Origin: Callorhinchus milii | Taxonomy: Eukaryota | NCBI RefSeq assembly: GCF_018977255.1 | Contig: NW_024704742.1 | Coordinates: forward strand, 39,620,001-39,684,000 | Reading direction: 5' to 3' | DNA: 64,000 nt | In this document: positions 51,342 through 64,000 of the stretch, piece after piece | How the letters are laid out: every line of letters starts with the position of its first letter | Position numbering within the stretch: the stretch's first letter is position 1 | Notes under the pieces: generated by a model | What the model was told of the DNA's origin: nothing | Database searches by the model: none | Seen by the model: only the letters and a program-made list of their open reading frames with translations | Translations under genes and position numbers: made by a program

Positions 51342-52904
51342 AACTTAAATTGATTTCTGTATTAAAAGAACAAACAGAAAACAGCTTCAAAATTAGCAAT
51401 GGTATACCAGGATTTGACAGATTCTTGACATTCTGAATTGCTATGTTAATAGAATAAATCTAGACCCAGCTGGAATTTCTACCCAATAATTTGGTAAATT
51501 TGTCACATTTCATATTTTAGACAATGTTGATCTTTCAGAACCTGAATATGGAATGTTTTAACTTCATTGCTGTTTGTGGGACATTGCTGTGCGCAAAATA
51601 GCAGCTGTGTTCACCTACAAAATACTCAATCATTACATCTTACAGTAAACTCTGTGAAGCACTTTGAGATATCCTCCTGACGTGAAGGGCACTATACCAA
51701 ATGCAAGCATTATTATTATCATTATTATCATCATTAGATTGACTTTTATTGAAAAAATGTGACACGTTCTGTTATGAGGGAAGCGAAGAAATGAAATCTG
51801 CATACTTCTACTCCAGAATCAAATACTCACTTCCATTGTCCCACCCTGTTTCAAATAGAGCATTTAACAGCAAACAAAATGGACATCAAAGAACCAGCAA
51901 GATAATTACATAATAAAAATCAGATTAAGACACATTTGGAACTCACTTAATATCAAGCATCAATCTATCAATAACAGAGCAAAAGAAAATATTTAATGTG
52001 CTATCTCAAGCTGTTGCATGTCTTGGTTTATGGCAGATCAGAAACCAAATTGACTTCCAGCTCTCTGGTCAGATTAACACTCTACAAATCTGATTTAAGT
52101 GACAGAGTGCTCACACATCTAACCTTTTCTATCAGCAGAAGATTTTACCAGCTGTAATTAATGACAAACCTGTAATCCTATTCCCTAAAGCTCTACCGAT
52201 ATTCTACTGCAGTAATCATCTCTCTCTAAGGAGTGGTGCAGTGACTCCTGAAAGCAATAAAGCAATGCTCTTGCCTCTTGATTTTAACTGTGCACATTTT
52301 AATTTCCTGTATCATAGCAAAAACAGCTGAATAATTAATAGGTACCAAATGAGGTACCAAATCTCAAAATGGTCTCTTTTATACTGCATGCAGGGGTTTA
52401 TTGGAGCATGATCACTGAATTCATGTCTGAATTGATATACAATATAAATTACATTCATATAGCGCCTTTCATGTCAGGAGGACGTCCCAAGGTACTGAGC
52501 AGTCAGGGATTTGGACCCGAACTGGGGGTCAGAATTTGGGAGGGTGGAGGGTAGGGAGGGTAGAAGGGTGGCCGAAGGCTCGGTAGAAGAGGAGGGTTTT
52601 GAGATGTTTAAAAATTGATACCAAATGTTTCCTGTTTGTTTGTGTCTCCCTAGATCACCAGTGAATTCTTCACCTGATGAATAATTAGAAGAAATTGAAA
52701 GAAGCAGACTTGAAGAGAAATGTATTGTGAAGAAACAGATATTCATCATTAACATTAGCTATTGTGGCGACTGTGAAATCAAAGTAGTGGTATATTCTCC
52801 TCATGTTGGTTGTTAATAACATTAAGAAAGAAATTGTGTGTTAAATCTGCTGATGACCAAACAAGAAATATGATGGAATTTTCCTCTGAGTAACCACGAA
52901 CTTA

Positions 52905-53243
52905 CAACAACAACAACAAAATTGCATTTATAGAGTGCCTTTCACGTCGGGAGGACATCCCAAGGCGCTGGACAGTTGGGTCGGGACCCGAGCAAGGGGG
53001 AAATGGTGAGGGGAGGGAAGGGAGGGAGTGAGAAGGGGGTAGAGAGTCGAGAGGGGAGCTGAAGGCACGGTTGAAGAGAAAGGTCTTGAGACCGGCCTTA
53101 AAGGAGGAAAAGGAGGAAGCAAGGCGAAGGCACTGGGGGATGGAGTTCCAGAGCCTAGGGGCTGAGAGGCTGAAAGCCCGGCCACCGATGGTAGGGTGGT
53201 TCGGGCGGGGGGTGTGGAGCAGACCGGAGCCAGAGGAACGGAG
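52905..53243 (-). mobile_element. L2 3' fragment with 7-bp TSD GAACTTA
   Basis: L2 3' UTR and (AAC)n tail. GAACTTA at 52898-52904 and 53244-53250. Confidence 0.9.
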
Positions 53244-55123
53244 GAACTTAGAAACATGTATGTCACCAATTTAGAAAAATCCATGGGGGATTCTCTCAAT
53301 TACCTCTTATTGAGAACTTAAAGAGGCCACATGTAAAGGTAATAAACAAAGGCATCCAGTTTGTGGTATTTCTTAACAAATTTGTTAATTAAGACATCTG
53401 AGTGTAGGACTCCTTTCACTAACTGGAAATACCTCATGCCAACTCGAGGGAATCCTGCTGCAAAAATGGATGGGCTTGGGTCCGCGTTTCTTCAATTAGA
53501 CATCGCAGACTTCATATTTCTTGACAAAGAAATCAATTAAACAATAGTGTAAATTAGACCCAAAGTATGATCAGGAAAATACAGTAGAAACAGTTACATC
53601 ATGAAAGTTGTGCTTCACTGAAATTGAAGTTTTACTTTCTTAAGTTTTTTAAATTTTGAATTCCAAGGATATTTGGCTTCAATTAAATACTTTAATGCAC
53701 ATTTTAACAATGTGGTTGGAAACCACTGTTCAGCCAATATACTGCAAGGCAAAGAATTGTCACCTCCATTTAAACGGATGAAATTCCATACTCCTGAAAC
53801 TCCATCTTAAGTCCTGTCATTGTCCGTAAATTTTCCAGACAGAAATAAAAGTTGGCCCTGTTGATTTTTTCAAAATAAATGTTTGTGTTGTTTCTCAATA
53901 AAACATATATGGAAAGCAATTGAGAATTGAGATTTCATTGACTCTCTCCTTTTAACATTGACTTCGAGTCAGTTCAATGAGGCGATAACCTGGTTGGGCA
54001 ATAGGATATTCAATGCATCAATGTAAAACCCTTCTTCTTTCAACCTTGAACAGATCACATTCAGGATGGGCTCAAACTAAACAGAAACAATTACACAGGG
54101 TTCAAACCAAGGGCTTCCTAGCATTGGTCCATAGAGCATGAAATATTCAGTTGTGCTGAGGTTTTGATTTATGGTTCAAATCTGCACAAGATTTGCACGA
54201 GGCTTTTGTTTCATGCTGGGGAAATATCTCCTGGGTTGCAACCTCAGTCAAAAGCAATAGAAAGAGGTGGAAGGTTTCACTTCTGAAACTAATTGGAAGA
54301 AACAGCTTCCCTTTATAGTTAGACAGTTGAAGTAACTGTCTTGCAAGTTTGCAACAAAGAGCAACTTTGCAGTGTAATCCAAGTACAAATTGAGCTGTTC
54401 TCATCACTCTCAGGTCTGACAAAAGTGTTTAGATTGTTATGCTCTTATTTCCCAAGAAAATAGGGATACAGTTTGTAGAATTTCATAACCTGTTCCTTAT
54501 TATCAAATGAAGCAAAATTGTTCCCTGAACCATCGCAGGCATTAATTTGCAAGATTAACTAAAGTGATATTACTGCTCACTGCACACAAAGGTGGAGGAA
54601 GAGTGATTGAGGAAAAATATTCTTCTCTACCAAATGTATTGAGCAACCCAACAATTTCAAACCCGTTCATTTAAAACTAAACGAATAATAATCATTGCAT
54701 TTGATATAGCGCCTTGTCATGTCGTTGATACATCTCAAAGCACTTCACAGAATATACTGTAAAGTGTACTGATTGTATTTTGTGGTTGAAATGCAGCAGC
54801 CAATTGCGCACAGCAGTGTCTCACAAACAGTTGTGGATTGAGTGACCACTTTTTGGGGGGTTATATTATTACAAACTAGTTGGAAATTAGATCAGAAAAC
54901 ATTTCTTCACAGAAAGGGTTGTGAGAATGTGGAATGCTCTATCCCATAAAGTTATAATGCAGAATTGACAGAATTGATTAGGATGTTTAAATGATAGATG
55001 GAATACACAGATACATTAGAAATACAGTATTAAGGAATGTGGAGAAAAGGAGGAGAAATTGGTTTTAAAAATCTACCAATGAATTGTGTTGTCTATTGCT
55101 GATCCTATATTCCTAATCTTTGC

Positions 55124-55361
55124 AGAGAAATTCCACCTGAGTCTAGATTTACTCTATTTATGTAACATTTCAGAGAGTCGAGAATTTGGCAAATTGTGAA
55201 TTCAGTCTTTTTTATGAAGTTGGATTCCTATAATTTTTTATAAGAATTTACAGAAATCCAGCTTCACAATTAATGTTGTATTTTTTAAAAATTACCAAAC
55301 TCTGGATGCCCTGAAAAGCTGCATAAATAGATTAAATGTAATCCTAGGTGAAATTTCTCCC
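55124..55361. mobile_element. MITE with long imperfect TIRs; relatives at 50856-51484 (L2 inside) and a half copy ending at 13695
   Basis: GAGAAATTCCACCTGAGTCTAGATTT...AAATGTAATCCTAGGTGAAATTTCTC. The terminal motif AATCTAGA(C/T)CCAG(C/G)TGGAATTTCT recurs at ~13667 and ~51457. Confidence 0.7.
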
Positions 55362-55499
55362 CAGAGTTTTGCATTATGGAATTATCCTTAATAATTTTGT
55401 TTCACAATTGTTTTCCCTTCTCTCATTTCCTTGGGGGAATTTTGATTTATTTATCCTTTATCCACTTTATTTATCTACTTGAACATGGTTCTGAGGGTA

Positions 55500-55810
55500 T
55501 TCTCACTCTCTAATACCTTCTCAATGTCAGTGAGCCTTGAGACTGAGTTTTGGTAGGTTATTTGATTATGGGACTATCATAGCCAAACCCCTATTCTGTT
55601 CTCACTCGATATTGTCACATGTTCAATTCAGCAAGAATAGCTGGATTGTGATCAAACTTTGGTATTTTTTTCCTTTGTAATCCAGGGCCCAGAGGGAAAT
55701 TGTAGCACTGATTAAGATCCGTCAATTTAGCATCAGAATCAAACCCAAGATATTCTTGGTATGTATGGCTCAGCTATTTAAGTGAATAAGCTCATGGAAC
55801 CATTGGGGGA
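55500..55810 (-). mobile_element. Ancient tRNA-derived SINE of a different family (AmnSINE2/MER131-like); related 3' piece at ~61480-61590 (+)
   Basis: Minus strand reads CTGAGCCATACATACCAAGAA...GGGTTTGATTC...TGCTAAATTGAC.GATC. Family name from recall only. Confidence 0.5.
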
Positions 55811-55959
55811 TTGAATCAGCCTAGTTGTTCTTTTCTAAACGTTTAATGTAGTTCCTTTGAATGTCAGGTGCCTAAATCTACACAAAGTGTTCCAAATGTG
55901 GCTTCATTGTTTTCTATTAATCAAAATGAGAACAGTATTTTGATTGTTCAGCTTCATAC

Positions 55960-56020
55960 CTTAGAAACTCTGCTTGAAGCAGAAATTCAATCCATTCTGA
56001 ATTTGTAAATAAGAAGTAGC
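55960..56020 (-). CDS. Candidate 61-nt coding exon of the same gene ((G)YFLFTNSEWIEFLLQAEFL(S/R))
   Basis: Acceptor CCTTTTTATTTCAG| and donor AAG|GTATGA. Only one frame is open. It ends in phase 2, compatible with the exon starting at 10249. Confidence 0.5.
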
Positions 56021-56541
56021 CTGAAATAAAAAGGTAACGTCTAGAAATATCTATAGTTACATGACCTTGGTAGAGGCTCATATGTTCAAAACCAATAATG
56101 GTTTGTAAATTATCTTTTACTCTGAAGACTTTCTTCAATGATTGCTCGCAACCTACTGCTCATTGATTTTCCCATAAACTTCTATTGTAAAACTGCCCAC
56201 GCATGCAATAATGTAACAACGTTTGAACAAAAAAAAACATGTGCACAGCAGATTTAATGAAAATGTATCGTTAGATCTGCGACTGATGCTTTCCAGTGAC
56301 TAAATCTTCAGTGGAGTCTTAATTTAGAAGATGATTACACTTAATGTTTGAGTTTATTAAATAAAGATGTCTTTTCGGAAAATGAGATGTTTTCATTAAA
56401 ACACAAAAGTAAATGAATTCTCCCTGCCCTTGGAAATGAGCATAAATAGCAAAGTTTTTATATAGAGAGAAGTGCAAGAATACAAATGACTTGACCATGG
56501 TGGAATATATGCTATTGAAAATTTCACCAGTATATGCTTAC

Positions 56542-56569
56542 CTGTGCTTTTCTTAGAAAGACACATATT
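56542..56569 (-). CDS. Candidate 28-nt micro-exon (NMCLSKKST(G))
   Basis: Acceptor TTTTTTCAAATTGTTTTTCATTGATGTAG| and strong donor CAG|GTAAGC. Ends in phase 1, matching the start of the 55960-56020 exon. Confidence 0.3.
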
Positions 56570-59500
56570 CTACATCAATGAAAAACAATTTGAAAAAATG
56601 AGGCTGTAATGAATGGGTACCCAATATTCAAGCAAGGATGACAACTTAAATATTTTCAGCGTTGAATTATAGAGTAGATTGTTAAGAAAACAGGAGAGCA
56701 AAGCATATTTTTGTGCATGCTTCCTAACTCAGGCACAAACCACATTTTGACAGCAGGATTTCCTCTTGGAAGCCAATGTTTGGTGAAACCCACGATCCTC
56801 CAGAATGTCTAGGAGCCAATCTGATAAAACATAAAATAACATTCTTTTACCTGGCAGAAACCATCATGCAAAAAAGCCAAAGAGGAAGGAATTTTTGATT
56901 CCTTTGAAATCACCCCAAAGGCAACGGTTATCATTAAATATAAAACAAATTTCCTTATTTTTTGCTAAGCATCTGTTTTTTNATGAACTTTTATAGGCTA
57001 ATATCAAGGTCTCTACAGATGAATAATACATCTTTGCTACACATTTCAAGTAATGTAATTATGTTTTTTCTTTTAAATGTGAATGAAGCTTTTGCGATGT
57101 TACTTAATGTTGATCCTGGCTATGAAATAATAGTCCAGTGTAAATGTATGGTGTCATGGCACAGTGCAGTGTTTTGTGTTATGAAAGTTCAGGCCTGTGT
57201 TTCTTCACATAATAAGTTCCCCGATTTCAGTCCAAATAGTCTACCACCCAGGCTAGGCAAATATTGACATAGAGATAGACTTGGTTCACAAATCATAGTT
57301 TATTATGAGGAGGGACCAGGACAGGATTATTATTGAAATTTTAAGTACTGTTAAGTATCTTGAGAGTTCTGGAGTTGAAATTTTAAATCCGCAATCTGCG
57401 TAGCAACTTTGATGTTGACAATGGAGAAATCCAATCACCGTCCAAAATTGTGAATGTTGGTATGAATCAATTGCAACGGGATTTTCTGTGTCTTTCTTTA
57501 AAGTGTACATGTGTCTCATTGTTCACAGGAAGGGAAGAGCAGGAGAAAAGAAAGATAGATGATGGGACATGGAAATTGAGAAAAGAGATATGGGAAAAGA
57601 AAATGAGAGAACGAATACAGAGAAATTAAAAAGTGATTAACGAGATTCAAAAGTGGGAGAGACAACCAGACGGAAAAGTATTCCAGATTTCCAGACCAGT
57701 CAGTTAGGCTCATTAGTAGGACTGGGATTGTTCCCACTGGGCTCATGTTAATCCTGCAAGCGAATGGCCTAATGGGTAGAATGCTTTTAGCTGGACAAGC
57801 AGCAGGAAACTTGCTAGACGGTACTCTCAATGGCAAGATATGCAGTTTTACCTTGTTGGACACCAACCAATGTACAAAATTGCTGAGTAAAATGGCGAAA
57901 GCAGCTTCCAATTTATTTGTATGGCCTTTGGGACTGCAGGAAGCTCTGGTCTGAGCATTCCTGCTCTTTCCTTTTTGGAATTCAATAATTGTCAATCTCC
58001 CAAGGTCAGGACCAGAGAGAAGGCAGTTATTGATGCTCAGCAAGGTTTGGAGCTAAGAGAATACTTGTTTCCAAAGCCTAACAACAGGGAACATTTTCAG
58101 AGCATTATAGATGAGGGTATCCTCATTCTACTACTTATCCAACAGTGCAGACAACCAGTTTTGCTGAGCGTGAAATAAGCTTGTTAAAATTGTTATACTG
58201 AGTTAGCCTAAAGACATTCAGAGTTCCTGCAGACATGCTGGCAACCACTTTGCTATCTATTACTATATATCAGGATCCCTAAATCTAGCTTCTACTTTAA
58301 AGAATGGGCCTCTGGGATGATCCCACTGTGTGTCAAAGTCCATGGTTTAATTTGGAAACCAAATTGCATGTTGCAAATTGCAATATAGCTCTCAAGTGTA
58401 GAGTGGGAAGCTAAAGTTGAAAATAATTGAGATTATAAACACAAGTTAATTTTAGTCACAAATATTTTATAAACTGAGCAGGATCCAAATGAACTTGAGA
58501 CAGAACATTTTCAGAAGGAAACTGTGATGTGAATATCGGTCTGTGAAAAGCTGTTAAACCTTCCATCACATCTCGAGGGCCGATTAATTGCTGAGCTATT
58601 TAGCATTGACTGCGGCATTGTTTGACACAAATTCCCAAGAGGACGAGGCTGTTTTTCAACTTAATGTCTGGCTCAAAGCCTGCACAGATCATCCCAAAAA
58701 TCAGGGAATAAAGGAAGATGCTATCTTTTGAATAGAATACAATTTGGTTGGATAGGATACAACATGGATTTTCTGTGGGACACCAGATAGGGGGCCAACA
58801 AATGTGTAACAGTGAGTGGGAGGGAAACATCCTGAAGCCCATACAGAAAGCTTATCAAATACAAAATAAAATGCTTTAGTTCTGGCAGTCATACCTTCAT
58901 GAGATGTGAAAAAAAATAATCCCCATTCTACCTCCTTCTCCAAAGAAATGACAGATCAATGGTTTTACTTTGTTTAGCTCAGAGACATTGAGGCCATTTG
59001 TAGCACAGACCAGTGAGTTGGAATTCCTGGTTCCATGTGATACATTTGTCACTGAGCCACAGGGGAAGACTGAGCTTTGTGTTATAAATTAACTGTATGC
59101 TAGAAAATGTTCCTTGAGTCTTGACAGCTTTTAAACAGACAGCCAAAATCGTTTCAAAATACATTTTTTTCCTTAAACATAACAAAAACACCAAAAAAGT
59201 GAAGGGGAAAAACTTGCAGTTTGTCATAAGATAAAAACCTGCAAAGCTCTGTTATGACATTTCATATCTATTATGTGGCAGTTCAATGCCCTTATTAGTT
59301 CCAGCACTCTCTGTAGCTTGAGACTAAGCTTTTCCTTTTTGGTTGAAAGTTCAGCACAAAACTCATATTTTGTATAAATAACCTATGGAAATGCATAGTT
59401 GGACACAGACCAGCTATTGTGCTCTGCACTGATTAATGAAACTGTCCGCAGCAAGAGACCTATTAAAAAGGAAACCAGGAAATCTTTGTGTTAGAAGCCT

Positions 59501-61849
59501 CTGAGACCCATCTTTGGGAGAGTTTAATGGTTCAATTATTTCAGCATCCCCAGACACTTTCAAACTGAATTGATATGTCAGGTTGGAGATTTAACCATTC
59601 CAATAAAAGTAAAACTCAATCTTTTCTTATTTAGTGGTCCTACAAATACAAACACCTTTCAGCCCAGGGTACATTATTCAACATCTATCCATCTGGAACT
59701 GATTAACCAGAAACCTGAGGCATTCATAAATATTACAATAAAATAATAATACTTGCATTTGATATAGCACTTTTCATGTTGGAAGAACAATTCAAAGCAA
59801 TTTGTAAGGTTTTACTGTAAAGTGTTATGACTGTACATTTTGAAGGTGAAGAAAACAACCAATATGGATGCAACAATGTTCCACAAACAGCTATGAAGTG
59901 AATGACCAATTATATCTGCAGGATTGTTGGCCAGAACACCATGAGAAACTCCCTTTACTTTTTGTATTATGCCATAGAATTTTTAGTGTCCACCTGAACA
60001 AGTAGACAGGCATCGGTTTAAAGTTTCATCCGAAGGACGGCATCCCCAACCACATAGCACTTCCCTTGTACCGCATGTGAAGAGTCAGCCTAGAATGAGT
60101 ACAAATTCCAAATATGGGGTTTGAACCCAAAACCTTCTAATTCAGAAGCTAGCATGTTACCAACTGAGCCAGGCTGACACCTTTCCTTTTATCAAGATTA
60201 TTCACAACAACTAAACAGGAAACCTATTACTGAAGTATTGAGAGGTAAGCACTTTCTCTGATTTTGTGAAATTTGATTCTCACAAAATTTGCTATAAATT
60301 GAAGGTGGACCAATATATTTGTCTGTATTCTTCTAAAATAAGTGCTAAGTATTCTTTTGTCCTATATAGTTTGCCATCTTTTTACTTTGTTTGTTGTTCT
60401 AATGATTCATCTGTCAAAGGATACAATTAAGCATTGTATTAATCCTTGCATTTGATATAGAGCCTATAAAATAGATAGGCACTACACTTTATAGTCAATC
60501 TTGTGAAGCATTTTGAGACACCTTCCTGACGTGAAAGCTGCCATATCAAATGCAAGGATTATTATTATTACATTATCGAGAATTTATAGATATATTGACC
60601 ATACTTTAACATTCTCAACCAGGTCTATATTCTGGCAAAAGGAAAATAATTCTTACATTTGTTAGGTGTCACTGTCTATAACTACACTCTAACTTGAACA
60701 TTTAGTTGATCTGAGTGTTGAAATCTTTCACAGACTTTTAAGTCGTAAATCAAATAAGTGAATCCTTCATATGCATCCCTAGTAATAGGACTAAATTGGT
60801 CTCAATGTGCCTGAACTCCAATAGGGTAATATTACAACAACAACAAAATTGCATTTGTATAGCACCTTTCACATCAGAAGGACACCCCAAGGTGCTGTGA
60901 GATAGTTTTATAACCCTATATGTACACCTAGGATATGGCTCCCTTGCAGAATTTACTGGGTGGCCTCTGTGTTAAATCCTCACTAAATGAAAGCAAATCC
61001 CTATAACTAGGTGTAACTTGTCTAATGACACAACAACAGGTACTACCAATTGCTATTTAAATTAAAGCAAATTGGGAAACTTCCATCCTCAGTTTTATTC
61101 TAAACAGACTATGATGTAGGCTCAACCTGTTTGTGTATTCCCTCCTTCTTTGATTAATACGGGAAGCTCGAGAAAGCACGGTCAAGTAAACGCCACAGAA
61201 TTTTATTGTAGTTTCAATCAAATCTACAACTTTTGGCATTAAGCTTTAAATGGCACAATAAATATTAACAAACACAACTATGAAAAAATAAACACTAATC
61301 ATACTTAAACTAAAACATGCTAGCAGACGCTTGTAAATGATGATAATGTAAAATGCATGAGAAACAAACCTCTGACTACTACTCATCAATAGTTAGGGCA
61401 CATAGCTTTTCATGTCATCAGATAGAAAAAGTGACAGGTAGAAATATTAGTCAGAATTCCTCTTCTAAATAGCTGTCCGTAACGTCTGCTTATATGTATG
61501 CATGTGGATGTTGGGTAGGACAGAAAGAGGCTTTATTTGTAATACCCTGAATTGTCCAATAACCTGCCAAGACTTTCTGGGGTTGAAAGGATCATCAGAA
61601 AAGGAGTAGCCATTTGACTAATTGAGCAAATTATTAGGTCACAACAGATCTTTTAGTCTCATTCCCGCCTTATTCCCAAATCCCTAAATGCCTGTCTGCT
61701 TGCCTGGCTGCCTGCCTAACTGACAGCATACACGTAGTGATGTCGGAATTGACGTGATGAACCAGAGGTCAACCATTTTGAAGGTGGGAAGCCGTCTGGT
61801 GCACAGGAAGCTCTGTGTGCATGTGCAGTGAGCTTGGAAGTGCTGAGAA

Positions 61850-62785
61850 GCACTTAATTCGTGGACGATACAAAGCTAGGTGGGAAAGTAAGCTGTGAGG
61901 AAGACACAAGGAGGATGCAAAGGGATATAGAAAGGTTAAATGAGTGGGCAAGAAGGTGGCAGATGGAGTATAATGTGAAGAAGTGTGAAGTTATTTACCT
62001 AGATAGAAAAAATAGGAAGCAGATTATTTTCTAGAGGGGGAGAGACTAGAAAGTGTTAGTTTTCAGAGGTATTTAGTTGTCCTTATACACCAATCATAGA
62101 AAGTCAGTATGGAGGTACAGCAAGCAATTAGGAAGGCTAATAGCATGTTAGCATTTATTGCAAAGGGGTTAGAGTACAAGAGTAGGGAAGTCTTACTGCA
62201 ATTGTAAAGGACCTTAGTGAGACGGCACCTAGAATATTGTGTGCCATTTTGGTCTCCTTATCTAAGAAAGGATATACTCGCCTTAGAGGGGGTGCAACAT
62301 AGGTTCACTAGGTTGGTTCCTGGGATGAGGGGGTTGACCTACAAGGAAAGGTTGAGTAGACTAGGCCTATATTCTCTAGAATATAGAAGAATTAGAGGTG
62401 ATCTTATAGAAATCTATAAGATTCTTAAGGGTCTTGACAGGGTAGATGTTGTGAGACTTTTTCCCCTGGTTGGAGAATCTAAAACTAGGAGTCATAGTCT
62501 CATGATTAAAGTTCAGCCCTTTAGAATTGAGTTGAGAAAACATATCTTCACTCAGAGGGTAGTGAATTTATAGAATCCTCCACCCCAGAAGATTGTGGAT
62601 GCTCAGACACTAAACATATTTAAAACTGAGATTGATAGATTTTTTAAAAATAATGGGATTAAGGGATATGGGGATAGGGCAAGTAAATGTAATTAGGTTA
62701 GAAGATCAGCCGTGATTTTATTAAATGTCAGGGCAGGCTCGAGGGGCCGAATGGCCTACTCTTGCTCCTAGTTCTTATGTTCTTA
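61850..62785 (+). mobile_element. CR1 LINE 3' portion
   Basis: HLEYCVPFWSPYLRKDILALEGVQHRFTRLVPG...FTQRVVNL, then 3' UTR GGCCGAATGGCCTACT and TTCTTATGTTCTTA tail. Confidence 0.93.
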
Positions 62786-64000
62786 AGCATTTGTGCCCTG
62801 TGATATGGGTCCCTACCACCATATTATTACAGGGCACCACTGTAATAAAAACGAAATTGAGAAATGCCACAGAGCAGTACAGTGAGAGAAAAAATGAGTT
62901 TCTGCAATTACATGTAAGTAGATGTAAAAAGTGGACCTATACAGCAACAAATTGACTGAAATGAACTGATTCGTATCTAGTAACCAATTTTGAAAACATG
63001 AAATGAAAATGAAAATCAGCAATAAGAAATTACGATTGGTTCCAGGTGGTGTCTCAAAGAAAACATTTCTTTGTTGTGTTCAATAAACTGACACATACAC
63101 AACCATTGATCTGTGGCACCAAATACACATTGCCAATAAATCAGCCTGCCCAAAAATGCCAATATGTAATAATAAAAGTCTAACTCTTCACACGCGTGTA
63201 CAGGAACACAAATCAATAAGTCGATTTATATGAATCATGTCTTTGGAGCCTTTGAGAAATAACATTAATATTCATGTACCAATTTTCTTAAAATAATCCT
63301 CCAAAGTTGTATTTTCATAGTATTTTGCATTAAAATGTTGTGCCTGAGAAATATTCATAGTTCTGTGCATTTTGCAAATTATTCTTCATAATGTTCAATG
63401 TTGGAAAACAAGCAAGGCTTTACTTGACATATTTTATAGGACATAAAAGCTAGGTTTATTTTAAAAACTGGAAACGGTGCTATACAATTTTTGCTCTGAA
63501 AGCAAACAGATTAAGTTTATTGAGTGAGAAATCACATGAAAATGATATTAAAACTATTTGAACTTGATTATCTTTTACGATACTTTAGCTCTGTCTATAG
63601 AAGTCTATAGGTTCAATATATTTAGGTTATGATTTGACTTGAAATTGTAATATCTGTAATATCAATATTAGATTGTAAAGGAGCAAAGTTGCAGTGATTA
63701 AAACAATTTGTTTGAAATACATTAACTAGATCAATTTATATTGCCTCAATGTTTAGGGCATTTAAAATGTATGGATTTATTTTGCCTAAGATTCGACCTT
63801 TGTGAGAACAAAAGCAATGCATTCCTTTAAAAGGGAAGGAAACTTAACAGGAAAGAAATTTCAATGTAAAATTTCGTACTTCCTATGTATTCCACATTGT
63901 TCAATTTGTTTAGAAACAGCTTAGAGGAGTTGCAGTGCAGACCTCAACCACAGAGTCCAGCTCAAGGTCAGAGGATATGAGGTCATGGAAAATCGTAAAG

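Noticed and set aside
56851..56901. Further upstream phase-0 exon (ESKIPSSLAFLHDGFCQ)
   Set aside because: The donor is acceptable but the acceptor is weak (GGGGTGATTTCAAAG). Not enough support.
57516..58043. 175-aa minus-strand ORF
   Set aside because: Non-ATG start, partly low-complexity purine tract, no recognisable motif or clear splice frame.
1..64000. Prokaryotic systems (operons, CRISPR arrays, rRNA)
   Set aside because: Very low coding density, vertebrate retroelements throughout, and no repeat-spacer array.

Overview
AT-rich vertebrate genomic DNA, not prokaryotic. The repeat set (tRNA-Ala-headed Deu-type SINEs with (ATT)n tails, L2-clade LINE 3' ends with (GTT)n tails, CR1 LINE fragments, a Penelope-like terminal fragment) looks like a cartilaginous fish, probably a holocephalan such as elephant shark (inference). 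Almost all long ORFs in the track are decayed LINE reverse-transcriptase pieces or chance ORFs. Most of the window appears to be intron of an unidentified minus-strand gene: candidate coding exons at 55960-56020 and 10020-10249 splice in frame across about 45.7 kb. The main hidden feature is a fragmented SOX4-like (SoxC) pseudogene on the minus strand at about 5880-7897. Its HMG box is clearly recognisable despite stops and frameshifts, and L2, SINE and CR1 insertions cut it into pieces. Also seen: a TSD-flanked Penelope-derived element with a degenerate hammerhead ribozyme, a Harbinger transposase fossil, palindromic MITEs, and nested insertions that give a relative order of retroelement activity. 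Family names and protein comparisons come from recall, not database searches, and repeat boundaries are approximate.
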